NCBI GenBank assembly: GCA_973895155.1
Contig: OZ316897.1
Coordinates: 5,039,976 to 5,103,975 of the forward strand
Length of the DNA: 64,000 nt
Direction: 5' to 3'
From: Marsupella aquatica
Taxonomy: Eukaryota > Plantae > Marchantiophyta
In this document: positions 1 through 12,282 of the stretch, one piece after another
How positions within the stretch are numbered: the first letter of the stretch is position 1
Layout of the letters: the number at the start of each line of letters is the position of its first letter
Notes under the pieces: generated by a model
Seen by the model: the letters and a program-made list of their open reading frames with translations, nothing else
What the model was told of the DNA's origin: nothing
Databases searched by the model: none
Position numbers and translations under genes: made by a program

Positions 1-3
1 GTA

Positions 4-2895
4 GTGATAGACGCCAGTTCTAAGTGGTCCAGAGTATCCTTATTATCAACCCGAAACCTAGTCTTCCCAAGAATCCTTACACACATCCTAAGACTAAGGT
101 CACAATTCCCTGAAAATCCAATTAGAACCCTTAGAACCGATGGAGCTGGTGAATTCACTTCTAGAACCTTTGACGAATTTTGCACAATAAATGGCATTGA
201 CTCCCAACATAATGTACCTCATGTCCACTTCCAGAATGGACTAGCGGAGTCACTTATTAAACGCATACAGCTGATTGCTAGACCACTATTAATGCAATCA
301 TCACTCCCAACATCAGCATGGGGCCATGCAGTATTACATGTTGCAACCCTACTCCTTTATAGACCATCAGCCTTTAACAGCAACACACCTTATCACCTAG
401 CTTTCGGGCAACCACCAAACATCTCACACCTAAGAATATTTGGATGCCAAGTCCTCGTCCCCATACTAGGTCCTAATAGAACCAAAATGGGACCACAATG
501 GAGGAAAGGCATCTATGTAGGATTTGACTCAACATCTATCATACGATACATGGAACCTACAACCACTGACATATTCAAAGCCCGTTTTAGCGATTGCCAT
601 TTCTATGAACACATTTTCCCAACCATTAACACGCAAGAAGGAAAACATAAGTCATACACCAAAACACTCACATGGCAAGCTTCCCCGGCACTTTGCCCAG
701 ATCCTCGAACTAACCAAACTGAACTAGAAGTCAATAGGATACTTCAATTAACCAAGATCATGGAGCCCTTACCCGACTCATTTACTGATGCTACCAACGT
801 AACTAAATCCCATATACCAGCGGCTAATACACCATCCCGCATACAAGATCAGAGACTATCCTCTGACACACACCCACAACTCAAAAGAGGTAGACCACTA
901 GGGGCAGTTGACAAACAACCTAGAAACAAACGTAGACCACCTACACCAACCAACCATACTAGGCCACCACCCCAACCAGAGATAGCCATTAACTATAACT
1001 CCACTGGTCACATATTAGATAGAATGATGATCAACCCTGATCCCACATTTGCTCTTCATGTTGCAAATGATATTAACAACCTACCAGATCCCAAATCAGT
1101 GACCGAAGCACAAAAACAAATAGATTGGAGCAAATGGCAAAAGGCCATGAACTCCGAATTAGACTCCTTGATATCTAGAAAAGTCTTTGGACCTATAATA
1201 GTAGCTTCCCCAGACCAACACCTCACGGGATATAGGATGACATTTGTTAAAAAGCGAAACTCACATGGAGAAATAGTAAGATATAAAGCTAGGCTGGTTG
1301 CTAAAGGCTACACACAAGTTTATGGAACTGACTATGACCTGACATACTCACCGGTCATGGACGTCACCACATACCGCTATTTGATAGCATTTGCCATAAA
1401 CAACAACCTGTTAATGCACCAAATGGACGTTGTTACTGCTTACCTTTATGGTAAACTGGACAACGTGATTTATATGGAAGCCCTGCCTGAACTCATTGAG
1501 AGAGTAAACTTCCATGCAAATTCAAAACATAATCCACATATGCACAATGATAAAAGTGCAAAATCATTTGACTATATGAACAAATTGGTACTCCACAATG
1601 CTTCTAAAGCAATTGCATTAAAAGAACCTAGAAAGGACCATAAGGCAACCGGAGCAAAGACTCGGTATGCAGTTCAAGTCCTTAGTTCCATTTATGGACT
1701 CAAACAGAGTGGACGTACATGGTACCAAAGATTTAAAAATCAAATGATATCCATGGGATATAAGAATTCCGAAATAGCTCCTTGCTTATTTATAAAGCAT
1801 GAAGGACCTGAATTCATAATCATCGCTATATATGTTGATGACCTCAACCTCCTTGGTACGAAAAAGATGATGAATGAGTCAATGCAAACGCTAAAAAGCG
1901 TATTTGAAATGAGAGACATGGGCAGAACTTCTTATTGCATTGGACTACAATTTGAACATTTGGAGAAAGGCATTCTTTTACACCAAACTACTTACACAAA
2001 GAAAATATTACAACAATTCAGAATGAATATGTTGAAGCCTGTTAAATCCCCCATGGACATCCGTACCCTTGATAAGGATAAGGATATGTTTAGAAAAAGA
2101 GAAGAATTCGAACCTATATTAGGTTCAGATATGCCATACCTTTCGGCTATCGGTGCTCTTATGTTTTTATCTAATCAAACAAGACCAGACATAGCATTTT
2201 CTGTCAACCTACTGGCGAGACATAGTTCTCAGCCCACTATAAGACATTGGAACGGGGTAAAACGAATTTTCAGATACCTTAATGGTACATCCGACCTCGG
2301 CCTATATTTTCCTAATGAGGATAACCATAAGTTGACAGGATATGTTGACGCGGGATACCTTTCTGATCCACATGACGGTAGATCTCAAACAGGATATATA
2401 TTCTTAATGGGATCAACACCAATATCTTGGAGAAGTACTAAGCAAACACTTGCAACAACCTCTTCAAATCATTCAGAAATTATTGCCCTTTATGAGGCTA
2501 CTAGAGAATGTTTATGGCTACGGCAAGTACTAGACCATATTCTTATTCAAACAGGTAAACAACGCTTAACCATGCCTACAACTATATTTGAAGACAATAT
2601 GTCATGCATCACTCAAATCAAATCAGGATTTATAAAAGGTGAACGCACAAAACATATTGCACCCAAGTTCTTTTTCTCACATGAACAACAAGGAAAAGAC
2701 ATCGACATACAATGGATTTCAGGAGATAAGAACCTGGCTGACATCCTAACAAAATCTCTACCCCCATCTACTCATAGAACACTAACTCACCTCTTAGGGA
2801 TGCGAAGTCTTAAGAAACTGATGCAGGATTCTAACATTGAGGGGGAGAATGGATCTACAACAACACTATTGAAGATGAATGACTACTTACTATGA
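4..2895 (+). CDS. Copia Pol (integrase core, reverse transcriptase, RNase H), 5'-truncated by the window, uninterrupted
   Basis: Integrase LRTDGAGEF and QNGLAESLIKRIQLIARPLL (Bianca-type signature); RT YKARLVAKG, QMDVVTAYL, YGLKQSGR, YVDDL; RNase H GYVDAGY, FEDN, ADILTK. Confidence 0.93.
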   Translation: MIDASSKWSRVSLLSTRNLVFPRILTHILRLRSQFPENPIRTLRTDGAGEFTSRTFDEFCTINGIDSQHNVPHVHFQNGLAESLIKRIQLIARPLLMQSSLPTSAWGHAVLHVATLLLYRPSAFNSNTPYHLAFGQPPNISHLRIFGCQVLVPILGPNRTKMGPQWRKGIYVGFDSTSIIRYMEPTTTDIFKARFSDCHFYEHIFPTINTQEGKHKSYTKTLTWQASPALCPDPRTNQTELEVNRILQLTKIMEPLPDSFTDATNVTKSHIPAANTPSRIQDQRLSSDTHPQLKRGRPLGAVDKQPRNKRRPPTPTNHTRPPPQPEIAINYNSTGHILDRMMINPDPTFALHVANDINNLPDPKSVTEAQKQIDWSKWQKAMNSELDSLISRKVFGPIIVASPDQHLTGYRMTFVKKRNSHGEIVRYKARLVAKGYTQVYGTDYDLTYSPVMDVTTYRYLIAFAINNNLLMHQMDVVTAYLYGKLDNVIYMEALPELIERVNFHANSKHNPHMHNDKSAKSFDYMNKLVLHNASKAIALKEPRKDHKATGAKTRYAVQVLSSIYGLKQSGRTWYQRFKNQMISMGYKNSEIAPCLFIKHEGPEFIIIAIYVDDLNLLGTKKMMNESMQTLKSVFEMRDMGRTSYCIGLQFEHLEKGILLHQTTYTKKILQQFRMNMLKPVKSPMDIRTLDKDKDMFRKREEFEPILGSDMPYLSAIGALMFLSNQTRPDIAFSVNLLARHSSQPTIRHWNGVKRIFRYLNGTSDLGLYFPNEDNHKLTGYVDAGYLSDPHDGRSQTGYIFLMGSTPISWRSTKQTLATTSSNHSEIIALYEATRECLWLRQVLDHILIQTGKQRLTMPTTIFEDNMSCITQIKSGFIKGERTKHIAPKFFFSHEQQGKDIDIQWISGDKNLADILTKSLPPSTHRTLTHLLGMRSLKKLMQDSNIEGENGSTTTLLKMNDYLL

Positions 2896-3249
2896 AGAAG
2901 CAAACCATCAATACTACCACAAAGGAGATCAAGACATTCTCAAGAACATCAATAACTCACATACACTACAATGAAGACAATGGAGACAACAACCTCTATG
3001 GAGCTTAACAACATAGAAAACACAATTAAACCAGTATTGTACTCTAGATCTTACATACATACAAAATAGATCATACAAAAGAGATGGAAGGTGGCAATAC
3101 TCTTTCCTTCCATGATGTTAGTAGGGAAGGTTTTAATGAGGTTGCACCTCCATCATCTCACAATATAACATAGGTAGAAGATATCTAACTGATAGCAACT
3201 TAGATTGGTTGTTATAATTTCATCAAAAACTATAACACCCAAGGGGGAG

Positions 3250-3384
3250 TGTTATACCCTAACTAGGATTAGATATCTTAACCCGAGTTAAGATCTAACC
3301 AAGATCTAACTCAACTACCTCATGTATATATATTGGACACATGAATAAGATTCATTACATTGTTGGAGTATATGGTTTGCAACA
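3250..3384 (+). repeat. 3' LTR (~135 bp) of the Bianca-like Copia
   Basis: Directly follows the PPT; begins TGTT and ends AACA (4-bp terminal inverted repeat); internal TATATATA. The partner LTR is outside the window. Confidence 0.7.
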
Positions 3385-4716
3385 AATGTCTTGGGTGTGT
3401 AGCTTCATTTTGTTAGTTAGGTTAGTGGTTCATAGTCTAGTCTTAGAATGTTAGGGAAATAAAAGGCTATGTCGCGGGTGGTCGGCGACCATATCTCGTT
3501 CAATATGTCACCAAATCTGGATCTGTAAAGAGCATTGGAAAGATATGGTCAAGGCGAGTAAAATCGATATAAAACACTCGGGAAACGGAGGTGTATTAAG
3601 GAAGATACGGCCTGATTAGTGTGACGGGTTAACTTGTGGCCGGAATTAGCGGATTCGACTTCAGTTTCGGGTTAACCCAAGCTCGGCCACGGCTTAGCTT
3701 AGGTAAGCACGGCTTCAGCTTAGCTCAGGTAAGCACGGCTTCAGCTTAGCTTAGGTAAGCACGGCTTCAGCTTATCTAAGGTAAGCATGGCTTCAGCTTA
3801 GCTCAAGTAAGCACAGCTTCAGCTTAGGCTTAACTCGGGTTCGGATTAGATTGATCCCGGGTTAGACTTAACTCAGGTTAGCCTAAACTCGGGCTCAGGT
3901 TAGCATAGGTAAGCTCGGGTTTGGGCTCAACTTAGGTTAGCGGTTAGCGGATAGCGGGTAGCGGGTAGCGGCCTAACCCGAGACCACGTTTTAGCTCTAC
4001 TCGGGTTAGATAGGATAGCTAGGTTAGCCGAACTCGGGTTAGCTATGTAACTTGGGTTAGTGCAGCAGTGAGTACCCCCCCTCGGTTGCGGGGGCATAAT
4101 TCTCTGTGTATTTGACCAAATCGGCTATAACTGACCTCGTTGGAAAGAGGAGCTCAAGCCGCTTCCAACGCTGCTATCCACGCAGCAAATGGTTGAATAG
4201 AGAAATCAGGAGAGGAGGCGCAAGCTCGTGAAAACCATGGAGGAGGGCCAAATCCGAAGTACATAGCCAATTCGAGATAGAAATAAAGTTGCGAGTTAGG
4301 GTTCAGTAGTTAGAGATAGTGGCGACTCTGTTAGGGATGGGATGGGGCTCCAATAGCGTAGTATCCACCCATTTGGGCTCAGTATGAGAGTATATAGAGC
4401 AGCCCCCCGGTAGAGGCAAGGGGGGGGACTTCAGTTGTGTGATCTCACTTAGACTGAGCAGCAGGGAGGAGCTCTATGCAAGCAAGGCTGGACTTGGACG
4501 CTGCGTGTTGGGGAGAGCTTGGTTGTGCTATTACTCAGGGAGTAATCAGCCAAGCTTCACAGCAACGGGTTGCTAGGTTTGCGAGCTGGATTGTGGCTCT
4601 TTCTAGTGGGTAGCACAACTGGGTTCTTTTCCCCCGATACAGAGCCTTGGTGATAGGTGATGTATTGGTGATTGTAAACTGTGGGGAGGATGTCAATTTG
4701 ATTTGTGGTGAGCACA
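3385..4716. mobile_element. Probable LTR or retroelement non-coding fragment, host to the Copia insertion
   Basis: Non-coding, with internal tandem repeats, a TATA-like GTATATAGA (~4390) and a CA just before the CACTA terminus. No partner copy is visible. Confidence 0.35.
3697..3826. repeat. Tandem repeat, 5 x 26 bp (GCTTAGGTAAGCACGGCTTCAGCTTA), followed by degenerate CTCGGGTTAG and TAGCGG(G) repeats to ~4060
   Basis: Units read directly from the sequence. Confidence 0.9.
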
Positions 4717-5545
4717 TTACACTAGTAGAAACCGGGGGGTATTTAGACCCCATTAAACGACTATTCAGTACCGTATAGGACTTGGAAACGACTGGGAAGG
4801 ACTCTAGTTCTTTATAGGACTGCGAGTCGTATGTTTTGTTACTATAATCAACTGAGTCCTTTATAGAACTGGTTTATAAGTCGTTTAATAGACTGGATTT
4901 TCAGTCTATTTTAGTCTTTGTGTGGGTAGCTTTGGTGAGTCGTTTTCAGTCTTTTATGGGCTGCGATGATGAGTCGTTGGGAACGACTAAAAAGGTTATG
5001 GAGGGTAGTCTTTAAATATACTTTGTGGGGTATGTATAAGTCTTTCATGTCAACTGGATATGAGTGATGAAGACCCCACTATACTACTTGGAATGAACCC
5101 ACTCTTGTGCACAAATAACATATTGCATTCATGTTTTATTGTGTACTTGGAATGAACTCACTCTATAAGTTCACCATTCATCATGTTAACATTAGAATAC
5201 ATAGTTTCAGAAAGCCATCTTCTATACCATGTACACTAATATGAATTCACAGATTCAAACTTCATAGACTACAAAGAAGGTCACAAAGTATTCCTCTATA
5301 CCATACACACTAATACTGAAATGATAAAATAGATTCAAGTATCATAGACAATCACCATAGAGCCATAGTTTGACATCAATCACTTGTTTCATACATACAG
5401 AATTCAGAAATATCAATGTCACACACAACGTCTCCTTCATCCTCTTTACCAAATGGAAAAATTGGTACAGATATTTCTTGGATCTTTCCAAGGCAATGTC
5501 AAAATGTGACACAATTCACATGATTCTATCTACACTTGCATTCAG

Positions 5546-7726
5546 TCACTGCAGACTAACACACTCTGATGGCCAGAGCACAAGAGATCCTACTGCATCT
5601 GCAATTATTTCCTGAGGTGGATCATCGTCTCTATTCGGAAATGGCAAATTACAATCAGATACAATCACTATAGTCAACAACACTACTACATGGTCATCCG
5701 GGACCACTTTGCCATGGAATTTTGCATGATCCGGTCGCAAAATCCGGGACCCACACATACCTGTGAGTCATCCTCCCATGATAGAAGATTATGGACTGGC
5801 TCTGCTATGGCTATCACCTCCACCTTACCCTGGCTGTTTTTCTTGGCTTTCCTGGGTGGCTTATACATGACATTATTCATACCTTGGTTGCGAGTCATGA
5901 CTTTGGCACGAGTGTTTTGTGCTGGTGATCGAGAATTGGCTACACTCTTCTTCAAAGAATCTGCATCCATATTTGACACTTCTGATTGTGTAGCAGGATT
6001 TCCCTGCGACATCATCTCAGTATCTGCCAACATTGTACTTGCTTCAATTGAAGCATCTACAATCTTACTTGCATCCAATGTTGCTCCCAAGTTTCGACGT
6101 CGCTTCACCCTACTCCCACTTGGTTGAGAGTCTGTCAACTCTGCATCAACTACAATTTAGTGTCATGTCCAACATAAGTCAATCACTCATCACATGTGCT
6201 AAATGTACATGTCACCAACCACAAAGTTGTCACTATCTCCTTACCATTATGAACAGCCTTCTTCCCCTTCTTTGCCATTGCCATATGCTCCATGTCTGCT
6301 TCTGTTGATCAATAAACACACCACAATATTCAGGTTGAATGTATTAACCACTGAATTGTTGCTCAACATTCATATAGAGGAATTTAAAGCATCAGCTTAC
6401 CTGATACCTCCTTGGCTATGGTCACTGAGGCACTGGGCACATCTTCTTCATTATTGCTCTTTGAATCACCTGATACATCAATCATGATGTCACTTCAGAT
6501 CCTAGTTCATCCAACCAGTTCTTACAGAAAAGATTACCTCCAACCGGCTTAAGCTTCACAAAACTCCATGCACTTTTCAAATGTAATGTACTGGATCATA
6601 GCAGGTTACCTGTCTCAGCAACCTTCTTGCCCTTCTGCTTACTGATTACAGGGTCCTTCTCTGCCTCCACTCTTCCTGCATTCAAACCATTCACTCAATT
6701 CATGAAAACTTACTTCTAACATTTGAACATAGGACACAATGAACAATGGGCCGGTGTCATTTCCATACCTGTGTCAGATTTGCCAAGTCCCTTTTTTGTT
6801 AACAAGGGCACACTTTGTACAATGTTGCCCTCATTGTTTGGTTGGGAACCACCCAATTTTTCAATCACAAGCTTGAAATTAGATTCCACTGATGCAAGAA
6901 GGTTCGCTACAGATGCCTCCACAATATCCAAACGATCAGCCAATTTACTTTCCACTCGAGGGAGTCCACACTCTAATGACTTCAACCGTTCACACATCTC
7001 TGTGAGAGTTGTAACAGTTCCCTATCATAACACAGCTTACATATCTCAGATAACTGTCCCCAAGAACTGGTTGCTTACTTCCTACATTTCTTTTTGATGC
7101 TCAAGGCCAAATAGTCACAGAACATACAGAATTACAACATAATCACCTGTTTGGAAGTCACACTTGTCACCTCACTCCTTTGTTTCATGAACTCCTCTCT
7201 CACTTCTTGTGCTGATGGTTCTTCACCTGTCAATTTCTTCTGCAGTCCACATCAACATACATATGAATGAAACCAAGTGTTGATTGTCAATGAAAATGTA
7301 ATAATGGTAGCAAGATGATAAGTTTGAGGCTTACTATCAGGCATGTCACTGCCTTACCAATTGTTCTTTCACTGGAGCATAACTTCCTCTCCCAGCCTGT
7401 GAAAGGTGTTTCACTTTGCCTCGAGCATTTGACATCAGTTCACTCTTGCTCTGTCCAGCCTCCGACATGAACCCTTTGATTAACCGTGTCCATTGATCCA
7501 GTTCCAATGATGGGGGTGGTGGCATTCTCCTGTTAGAACCATTGTCTATCCACATCCTTTTCAACCTATGCCTCTCTTGTTTCAAAATCCTCATTGCATA
7601 ATCTGATATGCAATCTTCAACTGGGCCCTTACCATCATTACCAACATAGTCCCACCATTCAAGAATGTCCTTGCAGATAGCAGCCCAATCAGCTTTGTTC
7701 TGACTCCTAAACTCTGTAATGCTCAA
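5546..7726 (-). pseudogene. CACTA TnpA-like multi-exon gene (Transposase_24/Ptta-like domain plus C-terminal Transposase_23-like domain)
   Basis: 7346-7726 WTRLIKGFMSEAGQSKSELMSNARGKVKHLSQAGRGSY; 5546-5758 FHGKVVPDDHVVV...LPFPN...DAVGSLVLWP; short exons between them with GT/AG-like ends; frameshift near 5750. Confidence 0.72.
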
Positions 7727-8037
7727 ATGCTCCTAAACTCTGTCAGCCAAGAGACTTCAACTACTTTTAGACCTTGGTTGGTAATGGCAGAATCAATGAA
7801 GGACCATGACCACTTGTTCATCACATCCAGCCATGTCCCCGCAACAACATGTGTAGTCTGTGGAGTGATGTCCTTGACTTCAGTCCCATGGAACTCTGAG
7901 AATCGTTTTTGTACGATTGGCCAACTCACTTGGGTGAACCCATAGTGGCCAGGAATCAAAATGGCTTTGATTCCAGCCAACAGAGGCGGGTGGTCAACCT
8001 TTGTACGTTTCCTAGAGGCCATGTACACACGGGCCAC
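7723..8037 (-). CDS. BRCT-domain ORF abutting the TnpA-like gene
   Basis: LLAGIKAILI...FHGTEVKDITPQTTHVVA...LKVVEVSWLTE fits the BRCT pattern (THVV strand, terminal WL helix). Confidence 0.62.
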   Translation of the reverse strand: MARVYMASRKRTKVDHPPLLAGIKAILIPGHYGFTQVSWPIVQKRFSEFHGTEVKDITPQTTHVVAGTWLDVMNKWSWSFIDSAITNQGLKVVEVSWLTEFRSI

Positions 8038-8619
8038 CTAATCACTGCAGACGGAAGATAATGCGTTCACCTGATAATCGGAGGGCCCTTAAAATGCTGC
8101 GTTTATAACTTGGTCCAGTCCAGTCGTCTGGTGAGTCTCTGCTCCGATTCCAAATGGGAGAAATATTGGGACAAACATACTAGACACCTGCAAGCATGCA
8201 CCTCATAGTTTGAATATGTGCCTTCACAATATTGAAGGTGACAAGTGCAATTGTTTTGTGATGCCACATACAGATGTTGTAAATGGGCAGACATTCAATG
8301 AGAATACAAAATGTTGGTACACTTTAAGGGAATTCTCGCAAATTAAATAGCCTTGTAACTTATATGCTCATAATGAGAAGTCCTGATTTAATTTAAGCAG
8401 TGTCATGTAAGTCGTGATCAAAATGATTGCAGAGTTAAAAAAGTTCCTAGAAGGCTTAAGGGGAGTTTTTGAAGGCATGTACCCAGGAACAAGTAATGAA
8501 CTTAGGGTACTTGTTGCCTAAGCATCCTCTCCTACAGAGGTCCTTCTTCTCAAAATTGGAATGTCTGCAATCTCCAAGGTATCCACATCAGGTGCACTAT
8601 GCATGTACATTATTCAGGT

Positions 8620-9300
8620 TCAAAGCCAAGAAATGTGATCTCTCATGGGACTGTGCAAAGTAGGATCTATGGCATGGCGATGACAATAGAAGATCCATCG
8701 ATCAACACCAGGTGCAGAGTGATCATAGATGTGTCTGTCACAAGCATAGCCTTTTGCTTGACGCTCCTTCAAACAATGAAAGTGCCACATGGTGGGACAC
8801 CTAACACAGTGGACTATGTCCACCCAGAAATCTTCATCGTGCTGACCACATGCCTTGCACTTATGAAGTGGGCAAGCTGTGGCAAGATCGGGCAAACATG
8901 AAAAACAAAAGAACCTCACACAATATCTGTCAGGGCATTTCCTAACAAGTGGTGGAGCATCAACAGAGCCCTCATAAGACCCCAACTTCCCACACTGTGC
9001 ACACTTAGCCTGCTTCTCCAAACAATCAGTGCACATCCAGCCTCCCTGGTGTGCTGACGGGAGGCCCACCCCTGGACAGTTGTTTTTTGCAGCAAGGTCA
9101 GACTCCGGGTTGAGGTGGAAATGCCTCATGCAAGGGCCCTCACATATGGCTAAGCCACCACCATCGTCACAAATGGCACAACAATGAGCTGCCTTCTGGA
9201 AAATCTGACTTGCGGAGAAGTTACTACCATCTGGCCCAACTACACCTGTGTTGCTCACCTCTGTCCCCCGCTTCTTGGCTCGGATTTTAGGGTATGCCAT
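8620..9300 (-). CDS. EDM2-like composite PHD-finger protein (transposon cargo, PHD module only)
   Basis: CAICDDGG..CEGPCMRHFH, CTDC..KCAQCGKLGS, CPLHKCKAC, CVRCPTMWHFHCL and IFYCHRHAIDPTLHSPMRDHI parallel the EDM2 PHD region, including its IYC..H.ID....P.RDH tail. Confidence 0.8.
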   Translation of the reverse strand: MAYPKIRAKKRGTEVSNTGVVGPDGSNFSASQIFQKAAHCCAICDDGGGLAICEGPCMRHFHLNPESDLAAKNNCPGVGLPSAHQGGWMCTDCLEKQAKCAQCGKLGSYEGSVDAPPLVRKCPDRYCVRFFCFSCLPDLATACPLHKCKACGQHDEDFWVDIVHCVRCPTMWHFHCLKERQAKGYACDRHIYDHSAPGVDRWIFYCHRHAIDPTLHSPMRDHISWL

Positions 9301-9926
9301 GCCTGCGCATGAGACAGATAGTACAATTTAGCAGAGTGCACAGACAATACAATTTAGTGCAGTGTACAAAAAGTACAGTGTAGCATATAGACTAGAGTGG
9401 CAATTGCTACTGCAATGAAATGTTCACACACATGTGCAGAGTAGACATACTTTTTGGTTTGTTGAGCCCACACTAAAAACTGATCCCCTCGTACAATAGC
9501 TCCACCTACACCTCAATTTTGTGGCTATGATTCACCAAAGGAGATCTGCAACAAGATTTAATGCATTTGAATCACATATAACAGTCGTGACATGTAAAAC
9601 AGGCATTTTTTGAACAGGATTGGTATCAAGCAGTGTGATCAGGGTTGTAATTTATACATCCTAAATAGGCTATGATAGTGAATGAGACAAATAAGTTAGG
9701 CATAAATCACTTTTTCCAGGTTATCACATGGCCCATTAATTCCAGTCTTTGAAAGGAGACTTTTAAGTGAGCTTGCTAGCCTCTTAAATTAGGATATTGT
9801 ACTTAGTGCAGCCATAATAGGATAAGTTATGTACTGTTGACCCTAAACCCTGGACCCAAAATTGGTCATAATTCAAAATCTTAAGTAAATATCCTCTCTA
9901 TTCAAGTCAAAGTGTTAAGTTATAGG

Positions 9927-10419
9927 TCAATGGTCTCTGGTTTGTGCATGCGGTGTGACAAGTGGTCCTCTAGAGCGTGTGATCCAAACATGTGTAGACA
10001 CCACAGTGACCGGTGGTGGGGTCTGGGAGGGCAGGACAAGTGACATCGCCAGGCACACTGCAGGATGGCGAGTGGTTCCAGATGATACATTGTGCTCTGT
10101 GAAAAAACCGACATCCAAGAGAACGGTCATCCAACTCTAGGCCAGAAGCCCTACAGGCAGGACAATCATATTGGCAACTGTGCACACACCCTTGGGCCCT
10201 AATTTGTGGCGGGTCATGTACAAGAGACAGAAATACCAAGGATGTTGGGAAGGGTGGAGAAGCAGGTACAGGCCGGCTGTAGTTGTTCCTGGCAACAACT
10301 GGGTACTCAAAGTACCATGCAGACTGGGCTGGAAGGATCCCAAGTCTGACATACTCAAGGCGCAACATCTCTGCCTTGTGTGCAAGCCGCACATGTTCAG
10401 CATTGCGGGTCCTCACCAT
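9927..10419 (-). pseudogene. Unidentified frameshifted ORF with a Cys/His cluster, probably transposon cargo
   Basis: ORFs 9970-10419 and 9927-10130 overlap in different frames; CVHSCQYDCPAC; no family recognised. Confidence 0.3.
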
Positions 10420-11294
10420 AAGTGTTGCTTTTGTGGAGATGTCGTGTGTTCACATCCTCTGATAAGCACCTTCAATCAGCAAGGTGAGCAGGAGCTGTAC
10501 TTGCCTCACCAACAGCAACCAACCTTAAATTATCAGTTCCCACTCACTGTGTCACTCCATTGGTTCCAGCTAGGGGTCACAATGTAAACATAGCATGAAA
10601 CACTCCTAATCAACTTGCTTACAAACTACAATATCCAGAAAGAGTGAAAGTCTCACCCTCCAGTGAGCAGCAGAGAGGTAGTTCACTAGATGTGTTGATG
10701 TGCAGTTAAACCTCCACTATTGCTTACTTCTGGTGTATGCTGCTCAGAAGAAGACATATTAGTAGCAGCAAATTGCAAATAATGGCCATAAGCAAACCGT
10801 GAGAGTTTGCAGAATGCTACAACAAATCCATCACATCAGTGCTCCACAGGAATGAAACCGATGGCCCGGTCACTTGAGGAAAAAACAAAACTAAGAAGGC
10901 AGGCACACGGGCAACTGAGAAAAAAAGCTAGTGGCGCCTCGCGGAGAATCCAGAATGGTAATGCCCTTGCCCAGAAGCTTGGGAAACAAAAGAGAAAAAA
11001 GCAAAAACGAGCTACCGACCACCGTCTTGACCAGGCCCGCCACAAGGTATGGCTGGAGGCTGTGGTCCCCCCCTTAGTAAAGAAAAGGATGCAAGTCGGT
11101 GCACGGGGCACAAGGCATGTTCGGATCTAGGGAGGAGCACAACAGTAATGTCAAGCAAGAAGTGTGGAGAGACCAAACAGTAAACAAAAATAGGGGAGAA
11201 CAAACATACATCAGCAGCAGCAGGAAACGAGAAAGTTGATTTGGGAGGGATTGTAGGGAGAGAGCTTTTGGTGGGCTCGGCTACGCGTGAAATA

Positions 11295-12282
11295 TCAGGA
11301 GATAGATGCGCGAGAGAGTGAAGAGGGTGGCAAGCGGAAGACAGGTTGGGACTGGACCCTTGGTGCCGGGGAGTAATATATGGGGTAATATACACAGAGA
11401 CAAAGCTGTACTCACTTGATTGAGTAGGCAAGTGGGTGGACGAAGATCAACAACCGCAATAGCAGCACAGCCAGAGAGGCAAGAAAGGGGAAATTTCAGC
11501 AAAGGTAAGCGACACAGACAACTCACCCTCCGTCTCACCCTCCCAGCTCCAAAGTTGCAAGAGCAAGAAGTCAAAGGCATTGAAACAAAGCGGGTGGCAG
11601 TTTCAGTATCTCAAGCAATGCAAAATTAATCCATACTTAATCAGCCCTGGCCACACATTCCTTCAAAGCCCCTCATACTAGCAAGCAGGTCTGGCCTGTG
11701 AATCTTGTAGTGCTTAACGATACAAAGCCTTCCCAAGTACCAATTCAAAAGTAGCAGAAATAGATCGAAAGCTAGTTCCGATGATAGCTCCCAAAAGCTT
11801 TCCTCAGCCCGATTCCTATGCACATCAGAGGAGCTCAAACCATTTAGAAATGAGATCACAGATTACTCTTGACAATCTCAAAAATGCCACAACCTAAGCA
11901 CTGACAGCTCCGTCCCCCCATTCTAATTTCTCCGACAAGTTTGCCTTAAAGCACATCCACTCGCAGTTCAAGTAGATTCAGAATCATCATAGACAATAGA
12001 GTGTTCTACCATAGCCCACGGTAGGTCCACGGCCATCGTAACAAACGCTCCACCCCCGGGGCTTATTAGTATTGCTCACTTTTAAGAAGGGCAGTTTTCG
12101 CAAAAGCAGTCTAATTGCCTAGACTGCACTAGAAAAGTTGGAGGCAATATCACAGCGGAGCATTCTGCGTCTAAGGGAGAGCGACGCCGTTCAGGAGATA
12201 GATGCGCGAGAGAGTGAAGATGGTGGGGAGCGGAAGACGGGTTGGGACTGGACCCTTGGTGCCGGTGGGTAATATGTGGGGT
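11295..12282. repeat. Dispersed ~92-bp direct repeat (11295-11386 and 12191-12282) in an unidentified degenerate element
   Basis: TCAGGAGATAGATGCGCGAGAGAGTGAAGA...GGACTGGACCCTTGGTGCCGG...TGGGGT occurs twice. Confidence 0.8.

Larger units (their letters stand above)
1..3384 (+). mobile_element. 3' part of a Ty1/Copia LTR retrotransposon, Bianca-like, running off the left edge of the window
   Basis: INT-RT-RNaseH ORF, then PPT AAGGGGGAG (3241-3249), then a short LTR TGTT...AACA (3250-3384). Confidence 0.88.
4720..10420 (-). mobile_element. CACTA (En/Spm) DNA transposon; one terminus at 4720, other end and TnpD not seen (right boundary approximate)
   Basis: CACTAGTAGAAA terminus, subterminal AAACGACT/AGTCGTTT repeats in both orientations (4755-4990), and a TnpA-like gene on the minus strand. 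Confidence 0.72.

Noticed and set aside
8620-9300. Calling this the host EDM2 gene
   Set aside because: Only the PHD module is present, ending in a stop, among transposon genes, so no gene symbol was assigned.
11970-12060. Minus-strand VDLPW as another MTase motif IV
   Set aside because: A stop follows shortly and there are no other MTase motifs; likely chance.
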